From NCBI GenBank assembly GCA_963805945.1, contig CAWDVP010000003.1, positions 32,001 to 96,000 of the forward strand: DNA of 64,000 bases. The letters are read 5' to 3'. Shown here piece by piece: positions 8,619-18,077 of the stretch. The position numbers and the translations under genes were made by a program. The notes beneath the pieces are model-generated. The model made no database searches. It saw only the letters and a list, made by a program, of their open reading frames with translations, and was not told where the DNA came from. Origin of the DNA: Vulcanimicrobiota bacterium (lineage in GTDB: Bacteria > Vulcanimicrobiota > Vulcanimicrobiia > Eremiobacterales > Eremiobacteraceae). The number at the start of each line of letters is the position of its first letter. Position 1 is the first letter of the stretch.

Positions 8619-10060
8619 TGGGCCTGTTCATCACCCGCTCGATCGACGCGCTCAACAAAGAGACGGAAGAAGCGCAAGGCCCTCGGCTCCGGCGCGCGCT
8701 CGGCCCGTGGGCGCTCATCGCCTTCGGCCTCGGCAGCATGGTCGGCGGCGGCATCTTCGCCACCATCGGGCTCGGCGTGCACACCTTCGCGGGACCTTCG
8801 GTCGTGCTGTCGTTCATCTTCGCCGGGCTCGCGTGCCTGTTCGCCGCGTTCGCGTATGCGGAGATCTCATCCATGGTGCCCGTCGCCGGCAGCGCGTACA
8901 CGTATACCTACGCGACGCTCGGCGAGATCGTCGCGTGGATCATCGGCTGGAACCTCATCTTGGAATACGCGCTCTCCGCGGCGCCCGATGCGAACATCCT
9001 CTCGGGCAACGTGCAGCAGTTCCTCGCCGGCTACAACGTGCATCTGCCGCTGTGGGCCACGGCGTTCTACTCGCCCGGCCAGCACACGTACTTCGACGTG
9101 TTCGCGTTCCTGGCGTGCGTGCTCGTCGGCGGGCTCGTGGCGATCGGCATCCGCGAATCGGCGGGGACGAACTCGATCCTGGTCGTCTTGAAGATGGGCG
9201 TGCTCGTGCTGTTCGTGCTCGTCGCCATCGCGTTCTTCCATCCGGCCAACCTGCACCCGTTCGCGACGCACGGCTTCCACGGCATCCTCGGCGCCGCGTT
9301 CATCGTGTTCTTCGCGTTCATCGGCTTCGACGCCATCACCACCACCGCTGAGGAAGCCAAGAACCCGCAGCGCGACATGCCGTTGGCGATCCTCGGGTCG
9401 CTCGGTCTGGGCGCCGTGTTCTACATCGCGGTCGCAATAGCGCTCACCGGCATGGTGCCGTCCTCCCAGGTGAGCGAGAACACGCCGCTCTCGAGCGCCT
9501 GGCAGGCGGTCGGGCTCGGCAAGTACGCCTTCGTGCTGGAATGGGGCGCGGTCATCGGCGCGGTGTCGATCATCCTCACCGCGTTCATCGGCCAAGCGCG
9601 CATCTTCTACGTCATGGCGCGAGACGGTCTGCTGCCGAAGAGCGTCGCCACCATCCATCCGGTCTTCCGCACGCCCGCGCGCATGACCATGATCACGTGC
9701 ACCGTCGTCGGCGTGCTCGCGGCGGTGTTCGACCTCAACACGCTGCTGGATTTCGTCAACATCGGCACGCTCACCGCATTCATCTGCGTCTGCGCGGGCG
9801 TCATCATCCTGCGCTACACCCAGCCCGACAGGCCGCGCCGCTTCAAGTCGCCGTTCGTGCCGGTGTTCCCGGCGATCGGCATCGTCTTGTGCCTGATCTT
9901 GATCTTCTATGGAACCGATTGGATCGTGTGGACGCGTTTCGGCGCGTGGCTGCTGCTCGGCTTCGTGGTGTACGCGCTGTATGGCTACAGCCATTCGGAG
10001 CAGCGCAAAGCTGAGAACGCGGCGAAGGCCGCGCAAGGGCCGGGACCGGGAAGCGGCTAG
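8618..10060 (+). CDS. APC family amino acid permease
   Basis: GSMVGGGIF, GSAYTY, FFAFIGFD, EEAKNPQRD, about 12 TM helices. Confidence 0.95.
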   Translation: MGLFITRSIDALNKETEEAQGPRLRRALGPWALIAFGLGSMVGGGIFATIGLGVHTFAGPSVVLSFIFAGLACLFAAFAYAEISSMVPVAGSAYTYTYATLGEIVAWIIGWNLILEYALSAAPDANILSGNVQQFLAGYNVHLPLWATAFYSPGQHTYFDVFAFLACVLVGGLVAIGIRESAGTNSILVVLKMGVLVLFVLVAIAFFHPANLHPFATHGFHGILGAAFIVFFAFIGFDAITTTAEEAKNPQRDMPLAILGSLGLGAVFYIAVAIALTGMVPSSQVSENTPLSSAWQAVGLGKYAFVLEWGAVIGAVSIILTAFIGQARIFYVMARDGLLPKSVATIHPVFRTPARMTMITCTVVGVLAAVFDLNTLLDFVNIGTLTAFICVCAGVIILRYTQPDRPRRFKSPFVPVFPAIGIVLCLILIFYGTDWIVWTRFGAWLLLGFVVYALYGYSHSEQRKAENAAKAAQGPGPGSG

Positions 10061-10070
10061 GAGATCGCGG

Positions 10071-10955
10071 CTAGTGGGTGACCGGCGCCTCGACGTTCGA
10101 GTTGTCGCTCTGCAACGGTGAGGTCGCGAGCGATGCCGGGTCGAGCTCGACCGTGTATTGTTGGTGGTCGCCGACCACGCCGGCCGGATGTTTGTTCTGC
10201 CCCAGGAGCTGGAGCGAATCGGTGAGTTCGACTTCCATCGAGAGCATCCGATGGTTGGCCGGGTCGTATTCGCCGTGCATCGTGATGCGCGCGGTGCCCA
10301 TCGCGTAGCCCATCGCCGCACCGCTGTTCGAGACGACCGGCTCCTTCATAGGCGCGGTGCCCTCAGCGCTGATCTCGAAGACGTTGACGCCGAGCGCGAG
10401 ATGCTGACCGGTCACTTCGAAATTCATGGTCGGGCGGGCGGTCATGCCGAAGAGCTTCGTGCCGAGCTTGTCCGTCCAGGTCGAGCCGACTTCCAGCTTG
10501 GCGCCCGCGTCGACGGCGCTCTCGCCGAGGAACGGCAGGGGGAGCAAGAAGACGCCGCCGAGATTGCCGCTGTCGCGCGCGATCGTGCCATCGCCGCGCA
10601 CCAGCGTCCAGCCCTTGCCCGAGCTCTTGCGCGATTGGTTCGACACGGCGGCGACGATGAGTCCAGAGCGATGCAGCGTCAATCCCTGATCGGAGATCTG
10701 CTGGATGGCGACGTGCTCGCGGCCTTCCAGCGAGGTGGGCGTGCCCTGCTGCTTCACGCGCTGGCCGAGCGTGTCGTGTCCGGTGATCTCCTGGGTCATG
10801 CTGCCGCGGATCGAGTAGTCGAACGCGTCGCCTATCTTATGCTCGGCGCCCGCGGCGACCGGAGCGACCGCACTCGAGTCGGACGCATCGGCGAACGCTA
10901 GGGCGGGAGCCGCAAGCATGAGGCAGGCGATAGCTGCGCCGACGAATCGCTTCAA
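10071..10955 (-). CDS. Secreted hypothetical protein, beta-strand rich
   Basis: TTG start, signal peptide ending AFA-DA, normal codon usage. Confidence 0.7.
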   Translation of the reverse strand: MKRFVGAAIACLMLAAPALAFADASDSSAVAPVAAGAEHKIGDAFDYSIRGSMTQEITGHDTLGQRVKQQGTPTSLEGREHVAIQQISDQGLTLHRSGLIVAAVSNQSRKSSGKGWTLVRGDGTIARDSGNLGGVFLLPLPFLGESAVDAGAKLEVGSTWTDKLGTKLFGMTARPTMNFEVTGQHLALGVNVFEISAEGTAPMKEPVVSNSGAAMGYAMGTARITMHGEYDPANHRMLSMEVELTDSLQLLGQNKHPAGVVGDHQQYTVELDPASLATSPLQSDNSNVEAPVTH

Positions 10956-11156
10956 ATCAGGTCCTGGCCTCCGAGGGTGGCGGGATGCCGAGCACAGAAG
11001 GGTCGCGGCGGAAAAGCGCTTTCGTGTGCGACTGTATCGCAAAGCGCCACTGGATGTTCAGCGGTGGCCTTGCTTTCGGCGAACGGCCGCGCGTCCCTCG
11101 CGTCGCCCCCTGTCGTGCGGGACATATGCACCGGTATGAGTGGAGGATACATCTCA

Positions 11157-11600
11157 ATGCTTCAGCACAGACATGTGATAGGTGTCGCATCTGTGGTGCT
11201 CGCGGCCGCTCTTGCGGGGTGCGGCGGCGGCAGCCAGAGCCAGGCGCCCTCGCCCGCCCCGACCGCGACCACGGTCATCCAGGGCGAGCAGAACGCGCTG
11301 CCGCTCGCGGTCGCGGCGGCCATCCCGGCCGGTCTCAAGTGCGGCAAGCCCGACATCGTGTGGGTGAACATGCACAGGAAGTCGTTCCATGATCCCGGCG
11401 ACCCGTGGTACGGCAAGACCAAGAACGGCATGTACATGTGCCGCGCCGACGCCGTCGCCGCGGGCGATCACCCGGCAGGGCAGCGCCACTCGCACATGAA
11501 CTCGGGCAACGGTTCGGACATGAATACCGCGACAGCGGCGCCCGCAGAGACGGCCACGCCGAGCGGCAGACGGCACCACCGGAGAAACGGCTCGAACTAG
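11157..11600 (+). CDS. Lipoprotein with small WVN...H...WYGKTK...YMC domain
   Basis: GGAGG RBS, lipobox LAGC; domain reminiscent of Ada metal-binding-like folds. Confidence 0.75.
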   Translation: MLQHRHVIGVASVVLAAALAGCGGGSQSQAPSPAPTATTVIQGEQNALPLAVAAAIPAGLKCGKPDIVWVNMHRKSFHDPGDPWYGKTKNGMYMCRADAVAAGDHPAGQRHSHMNSGNGSDMNTATAAPAETATPSGRRHHRRNGSN

Positions 11601-11664
11601 CAGCCGACGCGGCGGGCGGCGCGCGGCGCCGCTCGCCGACGCAGCATCGCCGCTCGGCGCGCTC

Positions 11665-14454
11665 CTACATGTTCACGTCGAGCCGGAAGCGGAAGAGCGA
11701 CGTGGTCGCGTCCATCGTCGGATCCTGATCGTAGTGCTTCTGGTAGTTGAACTCGACGCCCGGCGCGAGCTGCGGCGTGAGATGGTATGACAGCAATCCC
11801 GTGAGCAGGGCGGTGTGCGAACCGCTCGTCTGCGCGCGCACGTTCGCGTTCGTCAGCACGAACTTGACCTCGAAGTTGCGCGTCGGCGCCGCCAGCGTGC
11901 CCATGGTGTTCGGCGGCACGCGTCCGCCGAAGGTGAAACCGTAATTGACCGCCTCGGACACGCCCGCGCTCGAGCTCGCGCTGGTGGTGCTCGTCGCATT
12001 GAGGCCGGCGCCGAAGTTGTGCGGCCCGTTGGTGAATTGGTAGTTCAGCACGCCGGTGCGCGTGGTGGATGACGTCGACGGCTGCAGCGAGTCGTTCGCT
12101 GAGGCGATCGTGCCGTTGAGCGTCAAGCTTGACGGTCCCGTCTTCGAAAGCCCCAGATTGACCGTGTTCGTGACGGTGTCGGCGCCGGGCGCGAGCGCTG
12201 CGTCGCGCTCGAGACCAAAGGTGATGCCCGGATACTTCGGCGGCGTGATGCTGAAGTTCAGCGCGGTCGCCGAGGTCGACGAGAAGACCGAGCGCACGTT
12301 GTCGCGCGCGTAGGTGAGCGCCAGCGTCGAGATCGGCGACGTCATGAAGCTCAGGCTCGCCGCGCCGCCCGCGCGGTCGGAGAGCGCGGATGCGCCGCTG
12401 AGCGTGCCGAATTGCGCGGCGGCGTTGTGGTACTCGACGTCGAGCGTCGTCGCGCCGACGTTATAGTTCAGGTCCGCCTTGTCCACGTCGTCGGCATAGG
12501 CGCCGCCGCCGCCGGTGAGCGGCTGGGTCGAAGATACGCCGCCGGTGAGCAGCGCCTTGAGGTGCGGCGTGAGCCCCTCATTCCATTCGAACACGCCGGC
12601 GGTGACGTCGAGCGGCCCGGTCGTGCCCGTCGAGACGAACTTGTTGACGTCGTCCTGGTTGCGCGAGTATGCGACGCGGAAGGTGTCGGTGTTCCCCGCC
12701 CAGCCCTTGGTGAAATCCAGGAGTTCGCCGGTGCGCTCGGTCGAGCTGTTGCTCGGCAGTTGGAAGTAGCCGCCGCCGCCGTGCAGCGCCCAGCCGGACG
12801 GCAGATCGTACGTCAGATCCAGGCCGCGCAGCGTCTCCTTGTTGCCGATCACCGCGGGCAGCGCGGCGTCCGTGCGTCCGATGACGTCCTTGAACTGCAA
12901 AGGCGGCGCAGGCGTCGGCGTGGGCGCAGGCGGGGGAGCCGGCGCGGGCGCTGGCGTGGCCGTCTGCGGCGCAGGCGCTGGACTCGCGGCAGTATCCGCG
13001 ACCGTGAGCGACGCCATTTCGAGATCGGTGAGCGCCGTCTTCGGCGTGGGCACAGGCGCGGGCGTCGGCGAGCCTGAGCTCGACGGCGGTGTGGGTCCGA
13101 CCGTGTGCCCTGGCTGCGGACTGGGCACGGGTGCTGCGGCGTTGGGTATCGGTGTGCCGGTGTTCGTCGGCGGCGGCGTCACCGTGCCGCTGTCGGCGGA
13201 CGTGGTCGAGGAGTTCGGCGCCGGCGTCGCGTTGGGCGCCGTGACCGGGGCCGGCGTGGCCGACTGGAACGTGAAGAGCGGATCGACCTTCTTCGAGACA
13301 GGGTCGAAAAGGCCGGTGAGCAGCACTTCGTCGGTCGACCATTGCAAGGCCGTGGTCAGGCCCAAGTTGACGTTATATCCGCCGCGGTTGGTGCCCGAGT
13401 TGGTGAGGATGGCGCCGCTCGCGTGGAACTGGTTGTTGACGATCGGCGCCGGGTCAGGTCCGCCGATGATCTGCAGCGGCAGGGCGCGTCCGACCGCGAC
13501 CGTGCCTCCTTGATTGACGCGCACGTACAGCCGGACGAGATAATCGCCGCCGGCGTCCGCGGGCACCGTGTAGGGGATGAGCACCGTCTGCACGTCGTTG
13601 GGCGCGTTCGGGTTGTACGGCGGCACGAACGGGTCGCTGCGCTGCACGACATGGCCTTTGTGGTCAGCCAACTCGACGATCACCTGCAGCGGTGAGACGC
13701 CGCCTGCGCCGGCGATGTACGGCGTGATGATGCGATAGGTGAGCGCGATCGACGTGTCTGTCCCCGCGAGCACCGGCGAACCGACCAAGAAGGAAGAGTA
13801 CACCTGGCCGATCGGGACCTGCACCGGATTGGTGGCGACGTTCACCTGCGCTTGCGCGTAGCTCACGCCCTGGCCCGTGATCAGCAGCCGCGCGGTGTAG
13901 AGCAACGGGCTGTTGTAGTGATGGATGAGCACTTGGGTAGGCGCGGACAGCACTTGCAGGCTGCCGTCGCCGAAATCGACGTACGCGCCGGGGATCGCGG
14001 TCGTGCCGGTGCTCGCGGTGAAGTTGACGGCCTGGCCGGCGATGACGCTCGTCGGCGACGCCTTGAGCGAGAACATCGCGGGGTTGGCGATCGTCACGGT
14101 CGTGCGGGCGATGATCGTGAGCGGGGGGAGGTCGACGCTGAGCGTGAGATTTTCGGTGCCGGGTCGCGCGTAGACGTGCGAGACGCTCTTCGGATACGGC
14201 GGACCGAGCGCCATCATATTGCCGTCGCCGAAGTCGAGCGTGCTCGCCAGTGCCATGCACGTGTTGGTGTAGCTGATGGTGAAGTTCACCGTCTGGCCGG
14301 GCAAGGCGATCGAGGCGTTGGGCGTGATGGCCGCGGTGATGACCGGGATGCACGGCGCCGCGCGGACCACGGCCGGCGCCGCCAGAGCCAGACATGCGAA
14401 GGCCGCAACGACCAGAGGCCGTGCTATGGAGGCGCCGCTCGCAAGAGGCTTCAT
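11665..14454 (-). CDS. PKD-domain surface protein with probable C-terminal outer-membrane beta-barrel
   Basis: Signal peptide, two DFGDG...H.Y PKD repeats, Pro/Thr tract, alternating beta-strand pattern ending FRFRLDVNM. Confidence 0.75.
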   Translation of the reverse strand: MKPLASGASIARPLVVAAFACLALAAPAVVRAAPCIPVITAAITPNASIALPGQTVNFTISYTNTCMALASTLDFGDGNMMALGPPYPKSVSHVYARPGTENLTLSVDLPPLTIIARTTVTIANPAMFSLKASPTSVIAGQAVNFTASTGTTAIPGAYVDFGDGSLQVLSAPTQVLIHHYNSPLLYTARLLITGQGVSYAQAQVNVATNPVQVPIGQVYSSFLVGSPVLAGTDTSIALTYRIITPYIAGAGGVSPLQVIVELADHKGHVVQRSDPFVPPYNPNAPNDVQTVLIPYTVPADAGGDYLVRLYVRVNQGGTVAVGRALPLQIIGGPDPAPIVNNQFHASGAILTNSGTNRGGYNVNLGLTTALQWSTDEVLLTGLFDPVSKKVDPLFTFQSATPAPVTAPNATPAPNSSTTSADSGTVTPPPTNTGTPIPNAAAPVPSPQPGHTVGPTPPSSSGSPTPAPVPTPKTALTDLEMASLTVADTAASPAPAPQTATPAPAPAPPPAPTPTPAPPLQFKDVIGRTDAALPAVIGNKETLRGLDLTYDLPSGWALHGGGGYFQLPSNSSTERTGELLDFTKGWAGNTDTFRVAYSRNQDDVNKFVSTGTTGPLDVTAGVFEWNEGLTPHLKALLTGGVSSTQPLTGGGGAYADDVDKADLNYNVGATTLDVEYHNAAAQFGTLSGASALSDRAGGAASLSFMTSPISTLALTYARDNVRSVFSSTSATALNFSITPPKYPGITFGLERDAALAPGADTVTNTVNLGLSKTGPSSLTLNGTIASANDSLQPSTSSTTRTGVLNYQFTNGPHNFGAGLNATSTTSASSSAGVSEAVNYGFTFGGRVPPNTMGTLAAPTRNFEVKFVLTNANVRAQTSGSHTALLTGLLSYHLTPQLAPGVEFNYQKHYDQDPTMDATTSLFRFRLDVNM

Positions 14455-14579
14455 CACGATATTCACCCGAAGTCTCACTCGAGAAAACCAAGGATGGGCG
14501 CGCGTAGACGTGCGGACGCTCGGCTGTTCCCATGGCCGCCTCGCCTTTCCTTCACTTGGTCCGCGTGAAAGGACCGTGG

Positions 14580-17240
14580 ATGCGACTGCGCCGCTTGCTC
14601 GCCCTCATCACGTTCGCGTGCGCGATCGCGTCGCCGCTGCGCGCGTCCGCCACCGTCGATGTGACGACGGCGACGTTGAGCAACGGTCTGACGGTCGTCG
14701 TCGCGCCCGTCCACGCGGCGCCGGCAGCGACGGTCGGCGTGCTCTACAAAGCGGGCTCGCGGAACGAGAGCCCTTGGACGACCGGCGTCGCCCATCAGGT
14801 CGAGCACATGATGTTCAAAGGCACGACGGATCTGCTCAAGCCGGGTGACATCGACCGCCGCTTCATCGACAACAACGCGTCGACCGATCAGGATTCGACC
14901 TACTATTACGAGTCGTTCGGCAAAGACGGCTTGGAGAGCGCGCTGCAAATCGAGGCCGACCGCATGCGCAACGCCGCGTTCGACCCCGCGCAGCTCGCCA
15001 GCGAGAACGTCGTCGTGCTGGCGGAGCTCGAGAGCGGCGACAACGATCCGGCCACGGTGCTCGACGAGCAGGTCGAAGCCGCCGCGATGCAGGCGCATCA
15101 GTACCACTGGCCGATCATCGGCTGGAAATCCGTGGTGCAGACGTTCGCCACGCGGCGCGATCTGGTCTACGATTTCTATATCCGCCACTACGCGCCGCAG
15201 AACGCCGTGCTCGTCATCGCGGGCGACGTCGATGCCGCGGCCGCGCTCGCGCTCGTCCATCGCTATTTCGATGCGGTGCCGCAGCGCCCGGTCGCGCCGC
15301 TCGAGGTCATCGCCGAGCCGCAGCAGCGCGGCGTGCGCCGCGTCAACGTGTTCGGTCACGGGTCGTCGAACCGGCTCGAGCTCGGGTACCACGTGCCTGG
15401 CGCGTACTCCGACGATGGGTACGTCCTGGCGGTGCTCGATGCGGTGCTGGCGGGCGGGCAGTCGTCTCGACTGCAGCGTGCGCTCGTCGAAGGCGGATAC
15501 GCGACGGACGTCACCACCGCTCCGAACCAGGCGGTCGACCCCTACATCTACACCATCTCCGTGACGCTGGAACGCGATGCGACGCACGACGACGCGCGCG
15601 CGGTCATCGAAGAACAGCTGCGCGGCCTTGCGAAGACGCTCGTGCCGCCGCGCGAGCTCGCGAAAGCGAAGAAGCAGCTCGTCGCCGCGCATGTCTTCGG
15701 CCATGACGGCATCGAGGCGCTCGCGCAAGCGCTGGCGGAGTGGCAGGCGTGGACCGGCGACTGGCACAACGACGAACGCTACGTCGAGCGGATCGACGCG
15801 GTGAGCGCGGACCAGGTGCGCGCGGCGGCGCAGCGCTACCTGACCCAAGAGAACCAGACGATCGGGACGTACACCGCCACCGGCGAGGCGACGCGCGACC
15901 GCAGCGCGCCGAAGACGCACCGCGCGCTCCGCGACATGGCGCGGGTCGCGGCAGGTGCGGGGGTCATGTCAGACGGGGCAGGCGATCAGGCTGCGCAGCC
16001 GGTGCGCACGGTGCTGGCGAACGGCCTCGTGCTGATCGTGCAGGAGAACCACGCCAATCCGAGCGCGTACATCGAGGCGGACGTGCGCAAGGGCAGCGCG
16101 TACGACCCGCCGAGCGAGCCGGGGCTCGCCTCGCTCACCCTCGAGATGCTGCTGCGCGGCACGCGCAGCAGGTCGTACGACGCGCTGCAGGCGGATATGG
16201 ACGAGCTGGGCATCGACATCACGGCGTCGGTCTCGCATGCCGACAGCGAGCTCGACACGCAGACGCTGAGCGTGGACGAACCCAAGACCATGGCGCTGCT
16301 CGCCGACGTGCTCATGCACCCCGCGTTCCGCGGCGACGAGTTCGAGATGGCGCAGGAGCAACTGGTCGGGGAGCGGCGCGCGGCGCGCGACGACGCGGCC
16401 ATCGTGGCGCGCGAAGGCATGTACCGGGATCTGTATCCGGATGGCGATGTGTGGTCGCGGCCGGCCGAGGGGACGGCGCGCGGACTCGCCGCCGCCCGCC
16501 TCACAGACGCCGAAGCGTTCTATCGAGCCCACTATCTGCCGAATCAGACGGTGATCGTCGTGACCGGCGACGTGAACGCGGCTGCGGTGCGCGACCAGCT
16601 GCAGTCGCTCATGGGCGGCTGGCGCTCGGGACCCGACATACAGCCGTTGCCGTCATCCGCACAGCGGCCGAACCCGTCGCGGTTGACCAACGAGGTCATG
16701 TCCGACGAGTCGCAAGTGGATGTGTACGCCGGAGCGGCGGGCGTGCCGGCGGACGCGCCGGATCGCGACGCCGCAGAGCTGATGAACTTCATCCTCGGCG
16801 GCCGCTCGTTCGTCTCCAAGCTGTTGCATCAGGTGCGCGACGTCGACGGCTACGTCTATAGCATCGGGTCGACGTTCTCCGAGTCGTCGGTCGGCGGCGG
16901 ACCGTGGGTCATGTCGTTCGGCGCGAACCCGCACGATGTCGACGCGGCGATCAAGGAATCGATCGCCCAGATGCGGTCGCTGCAGGCGGTTGCGCTGAGC
17001 GAAAATGAGCTGGCGCAATACAGGCGCTTGGCGGTGGATGACGTGGTCACAGGTGAGCTGACCAACCAAGGCGTGGCGGACGAGCTGATGCTCGACGAGC
17101 TGCTCGGCCGCGGCTTGGACTACCCGCGCCGGCTGCCGGAGATCTTCGCGAAGATCACGCCCGCGCAGATCCAGACGGCGGCGCAGAAATACCTGCATCC
17201 CGACGATCTCGTGATCTCGACCGCCGGCCCCCGCTACTGA
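14580..17240 (+). CDS. Secreted M16 family (insulinase/pitrilysin) zinc peptidase, two-module
   Basis: Signal peptide, HQVEH (HxxEH) motif, second inactive M16 module with LANGL and RGT motifs. Confidence 0.95.
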   Translation: MRLRRLLALITFACAIASPLRASATVDVTTATLSNGLTVVVAPVHAAPAATVGVLYKAGSRNESPWTTGVAHQVEHMMFKGTTDLLKPGDIDRRFIDNNASTDQDSTYYYESFGKDGLESALQIEADRMRNAAFDPAQLASENVVVLAELESGDNDPATVLDEQVEAAAMQAHQYHWPIIGWKSVVQTFATRRDLVYDFYIRHYAPQNAVLVIAGDVDAAAALALVHRYFDAVPQRPVAPLEVIAEPQQRGVRRVNVFGHGSSNRLELGYHVPGAYSDDGYVLAVLDAVLAGGQSSRLQRALVEGGYATDVTTAPNQAVDPYIYTISVTLERDATHDDARAVIEEQLRGLAKTLVPPRELAKAKKQLVAAHVFGHDGIEALAQALAEWQAWTGDWHNDERYVERIDAVSADQVRAAAQRYLTQENQTIGTYTATGEATRDRSAPKTHRALRDMARVAAGAGVMSDGAGDQAAQPVRTVLANGLVLIVQENHANPSAYIEADVRKGSAYDPPSEPGLASLTLEMLLRGTRSRSYDALQADMDELGIDITASVSHADSELDTQTLSVDEPKTMALLADVLMHPAFRGDEFEMAQEQLVGERRAARDDAAIVAREGMYRDLYPDGDVWSRPAEGTARGLAAARLTDAEAFYRAHYLPNQTVIVVTGDVNAAAVRDQLQSLMGGWRSGPDIQPLPSSAQRPNPSRLTNEVMSDESQVDVYAGAAGVPADAPDRDAAELMNFILGGRSFVSKLLHQVRDVDGYVYSIGSTFSESSVGGGPWVMSFGANPHDVDAAIKESIAQMRSLQAVALSENELAQYRRLAVDDVVTGELTNQGVADELMLDELLGRGLDYPRRLPEIFAKITPAQIQTAAQKYLHPDDLVISTAGPRY

Positions 17241-17375
17241 AGACTCGCTTGGCCGCCGGACGTGCAATCAAGAAAGTTCCATTAATATCAGATGAGGACG
17301 CGCCACCTCCCAGAGTTATCCAAGTCTTGCGGTCTACGATGTGAGCATGAGCAGATCACCGATCAGAAAGAAGGC

Positions 17376-17966
17376 ATGCTCACAATGAAAACACTCAAAC
17401 TCACGCTCGCCGCGATGCTCGGAATGGCGATCCTCGGCACCACGGCGATGCAGCCGGCCAAAGCCGACGGCGCAGCTTCGACTCGCAACATCATCTTGGG
17501 CGCCGCGGCGCTCGTCACGGGTATTGCGATCGAATCGAACGTCGCGCACAAGAACCAAGTGGCGAACACCGTCGTCGGCTACTTGCCCAACGGCGGCACC
17601 GTGTACCAGAGCGGCCGGGTCGTCCTGCCGAACGGTCAGAGCTACTACCCCGGACAGTACGGGCAGACGGTCGCCTGCAATAACCAGGCGTGCTACATCA
17701 GCGGCGGCAACTCGAATGCGCCGTATTATGGCAACGCGCCATATCAGAATGGCAACACGCCGTACTACGGCAACACGCCGTACTACAATGGCAACACGCC
17801 CTACTATGGCAATAACGGTCAGCCCGCGTACAACAATACGCAGCGCGACAATGACCGCGACCGTGACGATCAGAACAACGGACAGAACAATCAGAACAAT
17901 TGGCAGAACGGAAACGTGTCGTATAGCCCTGGCCGCTCCGCCTGGGGGCACTCGCACAACCACTAG
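17376..17966 (+). CDS. Secreted hypothetical protein with N/Q/Y/G-rich low-complexity tail
   Basis: Signal peptide AKA-DG, hydrophobic helix, tandem PYYGN(T/A) repeats. Start may be 17385. Confidence 0.75.
   Translation: MLTMKTLKLTLAAMLGMAILGTTAMQPAKADGAASTRNIILGAAALVTGIAIESNVAHKNQVANTVVGYLPNGGTVYQSGRVVLPNGQSYYPGQYGQTVACNNQACYISGGNSNAPYYGNAPYQNGNTPYYGNTPYYNGNTPYYGNNGQPAYNNTQRDNDRDRDDQNNGQNNQNNWQNGNVSYSPGRSAWGHSHNH
17720..17816 (+). repeat. Coding tandem repeat, 18-21 bp unit, about 5 copies
   Basis: ggcaacacgccgtactac(aat) units encoding GN(A/T)PY(Y/Q)(N). Confidence 0.8.
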
Positions 17967-18002
17967 AGACGCGCCGAGTCTGGACGTGCGTCGATAGGAA
18001 AA

Positions 18003-18070
18003 GGGGCCGATCTGAAGATCGGCCCCTACATATATGGCGGCGTGATGGAGCGGTCGAATTCATTCGACCG
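18003..18070. repeat. Two REP-like palindromes between convergent genes
   Basis: TGTAGGGGCCGATCTTCAGATCGGCCCC (minus, 18003-18030) and ATGGAGCGGTCGAATTCATTCGACCG (plus, 18045-18070). Confidence 0.85.
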
Positions 18071-18077
18071 TGCAGGT

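Noticed and set aside
10956..11156. Hairpins in a divergent intergenic region as a riboswitch
   Set aside because: No recognisable aptamer consensus; such stems are expected at this GC content.
17720..17816. Short direct repeats that might be a CRISPR array
   Set aside because: Units are contiguous, codon-phased and inside a CDS; no spacers or cas genes.
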